From Clostridia bacterium (GTDB taxonomy: Bacteria; Bacillota; Clostridia; Oscillospirales; CAG-272), in the NCBI GenBank assembly GCA_017621755.1, contig JAGASL010000006.1:26727-90726 (forward strand): a stretch of DNA of 64,000 nucleotides, given 5' to 3'. Below, piece by piece: positions 46,830 to 56,652 of the stretch. Position 1 is the first letter of the stretch. The number at the start of each line of letters is the position of its first letter. Under the pieces are notes generated by a model. That model was not told where the DNA came from. It made no database searches and saw only the letters and a program-made list of their open reading frames with translations. A program made the translations under genes and the position numbers.

Positions 46830-47007
46830 TTTTGCGTTCTCCTCTATACATAATTATTTTTTACAGAAATGTGGAATGTGAAAAATGCCAAACTTTTCAC
46901 GATTTCTATTATAGCATGCTTTTGTCAAATTTGCAATACGAAAAACAAAAAATTGCATTTTTTCACAATTTTTTCACACGTCATCCACAGGTGCGCCCTA
47001 CAAGACC

Positions 47008-47036
47008 TTGACAGCGCACGGAATATTCCTTATAAT
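47008..47036 (+). promoter_or_regulatory. Sigma-A promoter of the ABC exporter operon
   Basis: Perfect TTGACA-N17-TATAAT. Confidence 0.8.
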
Positions 47037-47071
47037 AATACTATGCACACATTTGAAAGGAGATAGCCACC

Positions 47072-49381
47072 TTGCTTGAAAGAATCTCCACCCATCTACA
47101 GGAAAACATAAAAAATGCCTGGCGCACGATAAAGGGCGGATGGCGTCAATTTCTTCCCTTTCTGATCGCGCTGTTTTTTATTCAACTGATGCTATTCGCC
47201 GTTACGCTCGGCTTTGACAGCAATTTCAAGGTTGAAAAGGCAACGATCGAGCAGGAATACAACTATCACCTCGCCATCAAGGGGCTGAGCCAGGGTCAAG
47301 CGCTTACCTTAAAAAACGACCCGCGAACGGTATTTTCTAATGACTACGTGTACCAGGTCGTTAGCATTTCCGAGCATTACGCCGAGGGGATCGACAGCGT
47401 ATACGACGTATACATCCGCTTTGTAACCGGCAACAAAAACTTTGGCATATACGGTCTGTTCCGCAAGGATACCGTGCAGGCCTGCTACAGCACCTTTGCC
47501 TACACCTACCATGACGTGTACGCGCCGGATGGCGGTACTGCCACGCTATACTTTTCCCCGCTTTATCAGTTAGAATCCCTTTGGTGGCAGAATTACGGCA
47601 TTATGGCCGCTGTTTTATGCATTCTTAGCCTGCTTTGCGCAACGGTGCTTGGGCGTGTATACCGCATACGCCTCAACCATGACCGCTTTACCTACGGTAT
47701 CTACGTTACCTTCGGCGCAAATGGCCGGCGGCTGCGCACGACCGCCTTTTGGGAAATGCTGCTTTGTGCCTGGTTAGCCCTTGTTCCATCTTATATCTCG
47801 GCCTATTTTTTGTGCCAGCACCTATATCATGCATCGGGGCTGGCTTTTACCCCCGGGCTAAAGACACAGCTATGGGTCCCCCTTCTGGTTTTACCCATTC
47901 TCTATTTAGCCATTCGCCTGCCCATGAAGCTGCTGGCACAGAAGGAACCGCTTTTGCTGATCAGCGCGATGGACAACTCGCATTACGTCAAGCGCCCGTA
48001 TCGCTCTGCCGTGATGCATCTTCACCGTTTCCCACGCTTCTATGAGTTGCTCAGCACGCTACGCTATCATCGCTACTATCTAAAGCTGGCTGTCAGCTCG
48101 GCCATTTTGTGTGCTATGTTCGTCAGCGGTGTTTATCTTTCACAGCTCTATCAGATAAACCGCGACATTCGTATTGAAAACGACTCGGCCTTTCACGTGA
48201 CCATCCATGACCCCACGTATGAGCCGCAGGATTTTCAAAAAAATCTATCCGAGATCGCGCACGTTACCGCCGTATACAAGGATCGCCCTACCTTTGATTT
48301 AGAGGCGAACGGCATGTTCCTCTCTGTAAGCAAATCCGATCTTCTTCCCTTTTCCGGCGTGATGAACCACCCGCTTGACCGAGCAGCGGCCGTATTCAAC
48401 ACGGTGCAGCTGATCGGCGCGCAGGACGAGGATCTTATCCGGCAGCTTGAGAGCACCTACGAGATCGAGGGGGATCTTTCCGCCGTCCTGCGTGATGAAA
48501 ATACGATCGCCATCGGCTCTTCGATAAACAACCGCACCGTATTTGACCTGCAGGTGGGCGACAAAATCACACTGGCTACGCCACTACTGATCCCCGAGGG
48601 GGCCGAGATCAATCCGGTGCTGAGCGGCAACGCGCTGCTTGAGGATCAGATCCTGCAGGCAGTTTACGAATACAAGACCTACACCGTTGGCGCTGTGATC
48701 ACCAATTACCCAAGCGCCATTTCCGGCACACCGCTGATCGCCGGCGCGCCGCTTTATGAAAGCATAACCGGAAAAAGCGCCGTGCGCCGTAGCCTGAACA
48801 TCGCCATTGACTCCAACATTTCGCCCGCGCAATACATCCGCTTAGAAAATGAGGTGCGTGCCTTGGCATCCACCGGCTGGAAGATCAGCATCGAAAGCCG
48901 GGAGACCTATTTCCAAAACCGCATGGAACGGCAATTCAATTATGAGCAGCTGGCGCTGCTGGTCTCCTCTACGCTGCTGATCTTTATTCCACTTGTTTGG
49001 TTTTTCTCGCAGCTCTTCTTTTACCGCAAGCGCGCGGTCGAATTCAATATTCTGCGTGTGCTTTCATCCCCCATGCAGGCTATCCGCCGCCTGCACCTAC
49101 AAAGCACGCTGCTAGTCTTGCCGATCGCGGCTTTCTCGCTCTTGATCGCAGGGCTGTGTGTGCTTGCCGTTTACGTGCTGGTACAATACGTGCTGCCAAG
49201 CGCCTTGCGCATCTCTGGTGCCGTGGTGCTGCCGCTCACGGCATCGCCCCTGCCCTTTATCATTTGCTTTGTCCTCACTCTGCTATGCAGCGTTAGCTCC
49301 TCGCTGATCCCCTATTGGATCTATAAAAAGCGACAAACGCAGGATCCTATGGAATTTTTCAATTCGGAGGATGGTATTTAA
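47072..49381 (+). CDS. ABC transporter permease, FtsX/MacB-type (duplicated TM and extracellular domains)
   Basis: Two 1+3 TM repeats, each with 'R...E/T..I...G/S' FtsX-like segments. TTG start with AGGAG RBS. Coupled to an ATPase gene. Confidence 0.8.
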   Translation: MLERISTHLQENIKNAWRTIKGGWRQFLPFLIALFFIQLMLFAVTLGFDSNFKVEKATIEQEYNYHLAIKGLSQGQALTLKNDPRTVFSNDYVYQVVSISEHYAEGIDSVYDVYIRFVTGNKNFGIYGLFRKDTVQACYSTFAYTYHDVYAPDGGTATLYFSPLYQLESLWWQNYGIMAAVLCILSLLCATVLGRVYRIRLNHDRFTYGIYVTFGANGRRLRTTAFWEMLLCAWLALVPSYISAYFLCQHLYHASGLAFTPGLKTQLWVPLLVLPILYLAIRLPMKLLAQKEPLLLISAMDNSHYVKRPYRSAVMHLHRFPRFYELLSTLRYHRYYLKLAVSSAILCAMFVSGVYLSQLYQINRDIRIENDSAFHVTIHDPTYEPQDFQKNLSEIAHVTAVYKDRPTFDLEANGMFLSVSKSDLLPFSGVMNHPLDRAAAVFNTVQLIGAQDEDLIRQLESTYEIEGDLSAVLRDENTIAIGSSINNRTVFDLQVGDKITLATPLLIPEGAEINPVLSGNALLEDQILQAVYEYKTYTVGAVITNYPSAISGTPLIAGAPLYESITGKSAVRRSLNIAIDSNISPAQYIRLENEVRALASTGWKISIESRETYFQNRMERQFNYEQLALLVSSTLLIFIPLVWFFSQLFFYRKRAVEFNILRVLSSPMQAIRRLHLQSTLLVLPIAAFSLLIAGLCVLAVYVLVQYVLPSALRISGAVVLPLTASPLPFIICFVLTLLCSVSSSLIPYWIYKKRQTQDPMEFFNSEDGI

Positions 49382-49382
49382 T

Positions 49383-50075
49383 ATGGCCATTTTGGAAGTT
49401 ACCGATCTGATCAAGCTATTCCGCCAATCGGATGAAACGATCACCGCCGTCAATCGCGCTACCTTCTCGGTAGAGGATGGCGAATTTGTAGCCATCATCG
49501 GCCCATCCGGATCCGGAAAATCCACCCTGCTGCATCTGTGCGCAGGGTTAACGCGCCCCAACTCAGGCAGCATTTGCATTCGCTCGCAGGACATTACCAA
49601 GATGAAGCCAGAAAAGCTGGCCCAGTTCCGCGGGCAGTACATCGGCATTGTTTACCAGCGCCACAATCTGATCCCCCACCTAACAGCGCTGGAAAACATT
49701 CTTATTCCGCCCATGATGTGCGGAAAGCCGGCGTTTTCTTATGAAGAAACGCTAAAAAAGATTGTCAATTCGCTGGGCATCAAGGATCGCCTGAGCCACC
49801 TGCCAAACGAGCTTTCCGGCGGCCAGCAGCAGCGTGTTTCTATTGCCCGTGCGCTGATCAACCGCCCGCAGGTCCTGTTTGCTGACGAGCCGACCGGCAA
49901 TCTGGACCGTGCCAACGCCGAGGAGGTACTTTCCATGCTCTTGCGCGCGCAAAAGGAATTCGGCCAGACGCTGGTCATGGTCACCCATGATATGACGATC
50001 GCCCGCCGCGCCGACCGCGTGCTGAAAATGGATGACGGATTTCTTTCCCGCATGCTGCCGGAGGAACTGCAATAA
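49383..50075 (+). CDS. ABC transporter ATP-binding protein (LolD/MacB family)
   Basis: GPSGSGKST, LSGGQQQRV.IARAL, ADEPTGNLD and VTHD motifs. Confidence 0.95.
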   Translation: MAILEVTDLIKLFRQSDETITAVNRATFSVEDGEFVAIIGPSGSGKSTLLHLCAGLTRPNSGSICIRSQDITKMKPEKLAQFRGQYIGIVYQRHNLIPHLTALENILIPPMMCGKPAFSYEETLKKIVNSLGIKDRLSHLPNELSGGQQQRVSIARALINRPQVLFADEPTGNLDRANAEEVLSMLLRAQKEFGQTLVMVTHDMTIARRADRVLKMDDGFLSRMLPEELQ

Positions 50076-50081
50076 TACGCC

Positions 50082-50116
50082 AAACAGCCAAGCAGGCATA
50101 TGCTTGGCTGTTTTTT
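50082..50116 (+). terminator. Intrinsic terminator
   Basis: AAACAGCCAAGCA / TGCTTGGCTGTTT followed by a T-run. Confidence 0.75.
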
Positions 50117-50350
50117 GGTTGCCGACATATTTCGTGCTTATTTGCAAAACCTACTTGTTTTTTCCTCATTTTACCACTAAAACGCCATGTTTTTGGTAAA
50201 TATTAACAAATATTCGCATGTGATTTTGTGCAACATTTTTCGGCCTCTCCTATTGCTTTTCATGGAAATATATGGTAAAATTACAACGTAATCCAAAATT
50301 TTCCAATTCATTCTTAAATTACCAAATATTTTCATATGGAGTGTAAAACA

Positions 50351-51124
50351 ATGGAATATGCAACCAAAATTCTGATCGCCGACCCCAACCATGAAGAAAG
50401 AAAAGCCCTGCGCGAAAGCCTGTACAAGGCCGGTTACCGCCAGATCGAGGAAGCTACCAACGGCGAGGAGGCGATCTCTAAGATCGGGCTTTATCACCCC
50501 GATGTAGCGATTATTGATGCCTGGCTTTCTAAGATCGATGGCATTGGTGTTATCCGCAACTGCTCCTCCTTTAATTTCTCGCCTGATCCGCAACCGGTCT
50601 ATATTTTAGCCTCCTTGGCTGCCAATCCACATATGTTTGTAGAGGCGACCAGCGCCGGGGCCAATCTTTGCTTAGTTAAGCCCTTTGATCTACCCAGCCT
50701 TTTTGAGCACATCAATGCCTTTGTGCAGCTTCGCGGTAAAATGGCAAGCCCCACAGCCGAGGGCATGGGAAGCGACATGGAAACGCAGGTGACCAAAATC
50801 ATCCATCAGATCGGCGTTCCCGCCCACATCAAGGGCTACCAGTATCTACGCACAGCCATTTTAATGACCATAGCCGATAACGACATGATCAACTCGGTCA
50901 CAAAATCACTCTACCCCTCGGTTGCCAAGCAGTATGCCACCACAACCAGTCGCGTTGAGCGCGCCATTCGCCACGCCATCGAGGTCGCCTGGGATCGTGG
51001 CGACGTAGACGTTCTCAATTCCTATTTCGGCTACACCATTCAAAACAACCGTGGCAAGCCGACCAACAGCGAATTTATCGCCATGATCGCCGATAGCATG
51101 CGCCTGAAACGCAAAATGCTGTAA
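50351..51124 (+). CDS. spo0A: Sporulation master regulator Spo0A
   Basis: Diagnostic C-terminal domain [18 protein letters not shown]...[19 protein letters not shown]...[14 protein letters not shown]-terminal receiver is divergent. TTGCTT-N17-TAAAAT promoter at 50253-50281. Confidence 0.96.
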   Translation: MEYATKILIADPNHEERKALRESLYKAGYRQIEEATNGEEAISKIGLYHPDVAIIDAWLSKIDGIGVIRNCSSFNFSPDPQPVYILASLAANPHMFVEATSAGANLCLVKPFDLPSLFEHINAFVQLRGKMASPTAEGMGSDMETQVTKIIHQIGVPAHIKGYQYLRTAILMTIADNDMINSVTKSLYPSVAKQYATTTSRVERAIRHAIEVAWDRGDVDVLNSYFGYTIQNNRGKPTNSEFIAMIADSMRLKRKML

Positions 51125-51131
51125 ATATGAG

Positions 51132-51168
51132 AACCCCCGCAGAGATCAACGATCTCTGCGGGGGTTTT
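51132..51168. terminator. Bidirectional terminator
   Basis: AACCCCCGCAGAGATC / GATCTCTGCGGGGGTT. Confidence 0.78.
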
Positions 51169-51169
51169 G

Positions 51170-52126
51170 TTAGTCTATATCCTCGACTACCTTCTCGGGC
51201 GGGAGCTCGAGGGAGCGGGGGTTTTTGATGATGTGCAGCAGGTTCTTGAAGGCGGAGGCGTAATAGTAGCCATCGCAGATGCGCTCGTCGGTCACGACGC
51301 GGAAGCCGACGAAATTACGCTTATGTACCTCCCCTTCCTCGTCTACGATATAGCGGGTATATTTCTTACCGTAGGAAAGGAAGATCGGCAGGTTACCAAA
51401 ATCATACAGGTGGTGGTAGATGGGGCCGATACCGAGCGAGCCCATGCTGGTGATGACCATAGAGCCATGGAACGGGCTGACCTTGGTCAAGGCACGCGGC
51501 AAGAGACCGATATAATCCAACCCACGCAGGAAGTTGATAGCCAGCTTCATCAAAAAGCCGGGGATCAGATTGATGAGCTTAGCCGTGTTATCAAAATCGG
51601 TGCTGGAGCCATCACCGATGGCTGCTACGGCAACCGCATTCCACTTTTCGTATACGTCATAGATCGTATCGGTCGGCTCAAAGATGCATTTCATCGTGGT
51701 ATCGGGTGCGGTGGTAGAAAGCTTCTTTTTGATGGTCATAACCACCTCGATATTGTTACGAGAAAACACCTTATTACCGGCAATAAAGCGATTAATGCCC
51801 GGGCGGGTAGCCACGGTGCGCACGTACGCGGCGATCAGAATATGCAGCAGGCCGAGGTTTTTGTAGCCTCTGGCGCGCAGCTCGCGAATGTAGGGCTCGA
51901 TATCGGTGATATCGATCTCATCCTCAAAGTGGTTCTGCGCATCCGAGCGGATCTTCATAATATAGGGCGAAATGCGGGCTGCCGGCTCCAGCGTGCGGAT
52001 GCGGCGGCCGTCTGCACGGTCGCCAAGGCGGCGACGGCGCTTTTTCTTCTTTTCTTTTTTGGGATCGGTAACGGGGGTAATGTCAGTTTCCTCTGTTGTT
52101 GCACAGGCAGTTGCTTGTGTTTCCAT
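51170..52126 (-). CDS. Stand-alone 2-oxoacid dehydrogenase E2 (acyltransferase)-like catalytic domain protein
   Basis: P.INRF, GS..ITSMGSLG and TDERICDG motifs; no lipoyl domain. Own TTGACA-N17-TATAAT promoter at 52169-52197. Confidence 0.8.
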   Translation of the reverse strand: METQATACATTEETDITPVTDPKKEKKKKRRRRLGDRADGRRIRTLEPAARISPYIMKIRSDAQNHFEDEIDITDIEPYIRELRARGYKNLGLLHILIAAYVRTVATRPGINRFIAGNKVFSRNNIEVVMTIKKKLSTTAPDTTMKCIFEPTDTIYDVYEKWNAVAVAAIGDGSSTDFDNTAKLINLIPGFLMKLAINFLRGLDYIGLLPRALTKVSPFHGSMVITSMGSLGIGPIYHHLYDFGNLPIFLSYGKKYTRYIVDEEGEVHKRNFVGFRVVTDERICDGYYYASAFKNLLHIIKNPRSLELPPEKVVEDID

Positions 52127-52213
52127 ACGGGCTGTGACCTCCGATGCTTTTATTACAAAATATAACTAATTATAACACATTTTTTACATTTTGTCAACTG
52201 TTTCGTAAAAAAC

Positions 52214-52246
52214 TGCCCTGCCGCATCGTGCTGATGCGGCAGGGCA
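52214..52246 (-). terminator. Terminator of the glycogen operon
   Basis: TGCCCTGCCGCATC / GATGCGGCAGGGCA with an A-run on the left (a U-tract on the minus strand). Confidence 0.75.
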
Positions 52247-52249
52247 ACT

Positions 52250-54181
52250 TTATTCAGATACGATGCGCAGCAAGCGGAACGAGAGTGGTGGCAAAGCTAC
52301 GTGACCGGTGACGGTTTCATCCGTATACAGATCACGCCAAACGCCGTCAAGCGGGTAGGTACAGCGCTCGGCACCACTATTGACAGCCAGCACCAGGCGG
52401 CCGGCACTCTTCTCTGCCCGCTCGATCACCAGGCAGGCGCCGGAGGCGTGCAGCACACGATAATAGCCATGGGTAAGAATATCGGCAGCCGCAGCGCGGA
52501 TGGCGCCGGTCTGCTGATAGAAGGTGCGTAGGGCTACATCCTCGTTCCCCCACGGATAGGTGCGACGATTAAAGGGGTCTCGCCCGCCCTCCATGCCTGC
52601 CTCATCCCCATAATAGATACACGGGATGCCGGGCATGACAGACAAGATCGCCCATGCTAAACGCAGGCGCTGCTCAGCCAGCTCGCGCTCAGCGGGTGTC
52701 AGGCGAACGGATCTGATCTCTTCAAACGAGAGGTCTGACAGATCGCGCCCACCAAGCACGGTCAAAATGCGCTCGGTATCGTGGGTGCCAAGCAGATTCA
52801 TAAGTGACTCGCTGACAAAGCGCGGATAATGGGCATAGATGGTTTTGGTGACCTGCGCAAAGCCTGCCGCATCCCCCTGCAGCAGGTAGCGCACGATGGC
52901 GTTCTTTAGCGGATAGTTCATCACCGAATCCAGCTCCAGCCCGCGGAAATAGTGACGGCGCTTATCATAGGCAATCTTATTGCTGGCATCCTCCCACACC
53001 TCACCGATAACGGCGGTCTCTTGAGAGCGTTTTTTGATCTGCCGGCGAATATCACGCAAAAGTGCGGGGTTTAGCTCGTCGGCTACGTCCAGGCGGAAGC
53101 CGGAGGCACCAGCCAGCATATAGGTATCGACCACGCCACCATCCCCGGCGACAAAGCGAATATATGACGGATCAGCCGAACGAACGGTAGGCAGGATCTT
53201 CACACCCCACCAGCACAGATAATCATCTGGGAAGGAGAAAAAGCGGTACCAGGAATAATACGGCGACTCTTTTGACTGATGCGCGCCAAGGCTATCATAC
53301 CGCCCATCGGCGTTAAAATAGCGGCTAACAGACCCGGTATGATTAAACACGCCGTCCAGCAGCACGTGCATACCCTGCTCCTTTGCCGCTTGCAAAAGCC
53401 GGTCAAAAGCGGGTCTGCCGCCAAACATCTCGTCAATTTTCATGTAATCGCCGGTGTCGTATTTGTGGTTGGAATAGGCCTCAAAGATGGGGCAAAGGTA
53501 AAGCACGGTTACCCCCAGCGACCGCAGGTATGGCAGCTTTTCGCGCACGCCATCCAAATCTCCACCGTAAAAGAGGTTGTTTTTCAGCGGAGCGCCGGGA
53601 TAGGCCGGGTACTGCGTGATCTCGGCGTCCCAGCTTTCTGCCATTTCTACGTCTGAACGCGGAGCGGCGTTTCCGCCACGGCAAAAGCGGTCAACAAAGA
53701 TCTGGTACATAACGCCCTGCTTCAAAAAGGCGGGGGTCTGATACGCATCACGGTAGATCAGCAGCTGATAGGGGGCGGCATAGCCGGCATCCTCGGTAAA
53801 CCAGGCGTATTCAGAAATATCCTCGCCGTGGGAATACAGACGGCCGTAAGCAGTATCCGCCACCACGTGATAGAAGAAGAGGCCGTCCTCTTGCCCGGCG
53901 CACAGCGCGGCGGCTGTTACCGTGGCACGAAAACGGTCATAGGCAGCGGGCTGCTGCTCTTCTATCTTGATAAGCGGAAATTCATGGATCTGCCCGCTAT
54001 CATCTGACCGAAAACGCAGAAAAGCGTTTTCGGTCAGAAAGGCGCGGTCGATCGACACCGTAAAAGTAAGAAGCTCCTTATGCGGGAAGGCGGAAAAAAG
54101 CTCTGCATGCTCCTCTGTCAGGGCAGTTTTTTCTACCTTCAAGGGAGACGGGATATCGCGAAAATTGGAATAAGCCAGCAT
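52250..54181 (-). CDS. GH13 neopullulanase/cyclomaltodextrinase-like alpha-glycosidase
   Basis: YQIFVDRF, GGDL.G, NHKYD, DGVFNH, GFRLDVADE, GEVW, THDTER and YYGDE motifs. Confidence 0.92.
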   Translation of the reverse strand: MLAYSNFRDIPSPLKVEKTALTEEHAELFSAFPHKELLTFTVSIDRAFLTENAFLRFRSDDSGQIHEFPLIKIEEQQPAAYDRFRATVTAAALCAGQEDGLFFYHVVADTAYGRLYSHGEDISEYAWFTEDAGYAAPYQLLIYRDAYQTPAFLKQGVMYQIFVDRFCRGGNAAPRSDVEMAESWDAEITQYPAYPGAPLKNNLFYGGDLDGVREKLPYLRSLGVTVLYLCPIFEAYSNHKYDTGDYMKIDEMFGGRPAFDRLLQAAKEQGMHVLLDGVFNHTGSVSRYFNADGRYDSLGAHQSKESPYYSWYRFFSFPDDYLCWWGVKILPTVRSADPSYIRFVAGDGGVVDTYMLAGASGFRLDVADELNPALLRDIRRQIKKRSQETAVIGEVWEDASNKIAYDKRRHYFRGLELDSVMNYPLKNAIVRYLLQGDAAGFAQVTKTIYAHYPRFVSESLMNLLGTHDTERILTVLGGRDLSDLSFEEIRSVRLTPAERELAEQRLRLAWAILSVMPGIPCIYYGDEAGMEGGRDPFNRRTYPWGNEDVALRTFYQQTGAIRAAAADILTHGYYRVLHASGACLVIERAEKSAGRLVLAVNSGAERCTYPLDGVWRDLYTDETVTGHVALPPLSFRLLRIVSE

Positions 54182-54190
54182 AGCTGCTCC

Positions 54191-56629
54191 TTAGGGATTG
54201 TTTTTCTCGTGAATGCTCTTGATGCCCCAAATATTGTCTGCATACTCACGAATGCTGCGATCGGCGGCAAAAATGCCGGCAGACGCGATATTCTTTAGAG
54301 ACATGCGGTTCCACTTCATCAGGTCGGCATAGTCGCGGCAGGCGCGCTCGTGCGCACGGTAATAGGAATCAAAATCGGCCAGGCACATATACGGGTCAGG
54401 CACGCCAGCACCCATGACGAGGTAATTAGAGAACTCAGCGAAGGACTGGCCGTTAAAGCCAACGGCAAGCGTATCGATCGTCTCTTTGATCTTCGGATTG
54501 GCATTATAATAGTTGGCAGATACATAACCGTGGCGCCAAAGATCATCTACCTCCTCGGTGGTGAGACCAAACAGGTACATATTTTCATCACCAACCGCCT
54601 CGTAAATCTCTACGTTTGCGCCGTCTAAGGTACCCATGGTAATGGCGCCGTTGATCATCAGCTTCATGTTGCTGGTGCCGCTAGCCTCTTTACCGGCAAG
54701 CGAGATCTGCTCGCTGATCTCGGCGGCGGGAATCAGCATTTCGGCCACGCTGACGTTGTAATCCTCCATAAAGACAACGCGGATCTTTTCGCGAATGCGG
54801 GGATCCTTTTCAATTTCGGCGCTTAGGTTGCAGATCAGATTGATGATCTGCTTGGCCATATAGTAGCCCGGGGCAGCCTTGGCGCCGAAGATAAAGGTCT
54901 GCGGCGGAATATCCAGGGCGGGATTCTCTTTCAGATCGTGATACAGCGAAACGATGCGCAGCACGTTCAGCAGCTGGCGCTTATATTCGTGCATACGCTT
55001 GATCTGCACGTCAAACAGCGAATCGGGATTGATGCGAACGCCGTTGCGGCGGTAGGCGTAATGGGCAAAGCGCTCCTTATTGTGCCGCTTGATCTCGGCA
55101 AGACGGGCAAGAACAGCCTCGTCACCCATGAACTTTTCAAAATCGGCAAGGCGCTCGGGCTCCTTCTTAAAGGAATCGCCAATGCACTCGCTGAGCAGAT
55201 TAGAAAGCTCGGGGTTCGAGTAGCACAGCCAGCGGCGGTGCGCCACGCCGTTCGTAACGTTGGTAAACTTCTCGGGCTGGTAGTGATAGAAATCAGAGAA
55301 GATCGTTTTCTTCAGAATATCCGAATGCAGGCGGGATACACCGTTTACCGCGTGCGAGCCAACGATAGACAGGTTCGCCATGCGAACATAGCCGTGGTGC
55401 AGCACAGACATGCGCGAAATGCGATCCCAATCGCCGGGATAGCGGTTCCACAGATCGGCACAGAAGCGACGGTTAATTTCGCAAATAATGGCATAAATTC
55501 TCGGCAGACGCAGGCGGAAGAGATCCTCGTTCCACATTTCAAGCGCCTCGGGCATAACGGTATGGTTGGTATAGGACACCACGCGAAGAACGGTATCCCA
55601 CGCTTCCTCCCAGGAAAGGCCATGCTCATCCACCAAGAGGCGCATCAGCTCCGGCACGGCAAGCGCGGGGTGCGTATCGTTGATGTGAATGGCTACCTTA
55701 TCAGCAAAATTGTCTAAGCGATTATAGGTCTTGAGGTGATCGGCAATGATGCTTTGCAGCGAGGCAGACACCAGGAAATACTGCTGGCTGAGGCGGAGCA
55801 GCTTACCCTCGGTATGGTTATCGGCCGGGTAGAGCACCTTTGAGATCACATCGGCATTGTTGCTTTCCTGCATGGCGCGCACGTATTCGCCCTGCGAAAA
55901 GAGCTTCATATTAAAATTGGTGATATTGCGTGCCTTAAACAGGCGCAGGCTGTTGACAGCCTCGCTATCCGCACCGGAGATCATCATATCATACGGAACG
56001 GCCTGCACCTCTTCGTAATCCACATAATCAATATGCAGGCGCCCGTTTTCCCAGCGCTCCTTTACGCGGCCGCCAAAGCGAACGGCGCACGCCTTGTCGG
56101 TACGCGGTACAAGCCAGGCATCCCCACCGGGCATCCAGATATCCGGCAGCTCGACCTGGTTACCGTCTACAATCTTCTGCTTAAAGAAGCCGTATTCATA
56201 AAGAATGGAAAAGCCGGTAGCAGAATAGTCCAGCGTGGTAAGCGAATCCATAAAGCAAGCGGCAAGACGGCCAAGACCGCCGTTGCCAAGGCCGGGATCC
56301 GGCTCGAAGGTGTACAGATTATCCAAGGACTGCCCCATCTCCTCAACCAACGCGCGCATATCCTGATCGATACCGAGATTGCAAAGATTATTTTTAAGGG
56401 AGCGGCCGATCAAGAATTCCATGCAAAGGTAATAGATCTTTTTGGCGCCCTGCTTTTTTACGTTGACCTTAAAATCGGCACGCTTTTGCGTCAAGATATC
56501 CTTCACAACGAGGATGACGGATTTGTAGGTTTGCTCCGGGCTGGCCTCTTCAGGTGTGACACCAAAATAACGGGACAGCTTGCTATTGAGCATTTGCTTA
56601 AGCTCCTGCTTATCGGGTAAATTTCTCAT
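54191..56629 (-). CDS. glgP: Glycogen/starch phosphorylase
   Basis: LGNGGLGRLAACF, INDTHP, NHT..PEALE, TNG, KRMHEYKRQ and EASGTSNMK (PLP lysine) motifs. Confidence 0.97.
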   Translation of the reverse strand: MRNLPDKQELKQMLNSKLSRYFGVTPEEASPEQTYKSVILVVKDILTQKRADFKVNVKKQGAKKIYYLCMEFLIGRSLKNNLCNLGIDQDMRALVEEMGQSLDNLYTFEPDPGLGNGGLGRLAACFMDSLTTLDYSATGFSILYEYGFFKQKIVDGNQVELPDIWMPGGDAWLVPRTDKACAVRFGGRVKERWENGRLHIDYVDYEEVQAVPYDMMISGADSEAVNSLRLFKARNITNFNMKLFSQGEYVRAMQESNNADVISKVLYPADNHTEGKLLRLSQQYFLVSASLQSIIADHLKTYNRLDNFADKVAIHINDTHPALAVPELMRLLVDEHGLSWEEAWDTVLRVVSYTNHTVMPEALEMWNEDLFRLRLPRIYAIICEINRRFCADLWNRYPGDWDRISRMSVLHHGYVRMANLSIVGSHAVNGVSRLHSDILKKTIFSDFYHYQPEKFTNVTNGVAHRRWLCYSNPELSNLLSECIGDSFKKEPERLADFEKFMGDEAVLARLAEIKRHNKERFAHYAYRRNGVRINPDSLFDVQIKRMHEYKRQLLNVLRIVSLYHDLKENPALDIPPQTFIFGAKAAPGYYMAKQIINLICNLSAEIEKDPRIREKIRVVFMEDYNVSVAEMLIPAAEISEQISLAGKEASGTSNMKLMINGAITMGTLDGANVEIYEAVGDENMYLFGLTTEEVDDLWRHGYVSANYYNANPKIKETIDTLAVGFNGQSFAEFSNYLVMGAGVPDPYMCLADFDSYYRAHERACRDYADLMKWNRMSLKNIASAGIFAADRSIREYADNIWGIKSIHEKNNP

Positions 56630-56652
56630 TCTTCATTATTCCTTTGAGTAGA

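Noticed and set aside
45126-46853. 575-aa plus-strand ORF antisense to pckG
   Set aside because: In-register shadow ORF caused by the strong codon bias of pckG (few TTA/CTA/TCA codons). No RBS and no protein motifs.
44699-46989. DnaA-box-like 9-mers (TTTTCCACA at 44699, TCATCCACA at 46981)
   Set aside because: Isolated single-mismatch hits, with no cluster or dnaA context.
50192-50209. Rex-like palindrome TTGGTAA-ATA-TTAACAA upstream of spo0A
   Set aside because: Spacer is 3 nt instead of 4 with an additional mismatch, in very AT-rich DNA.
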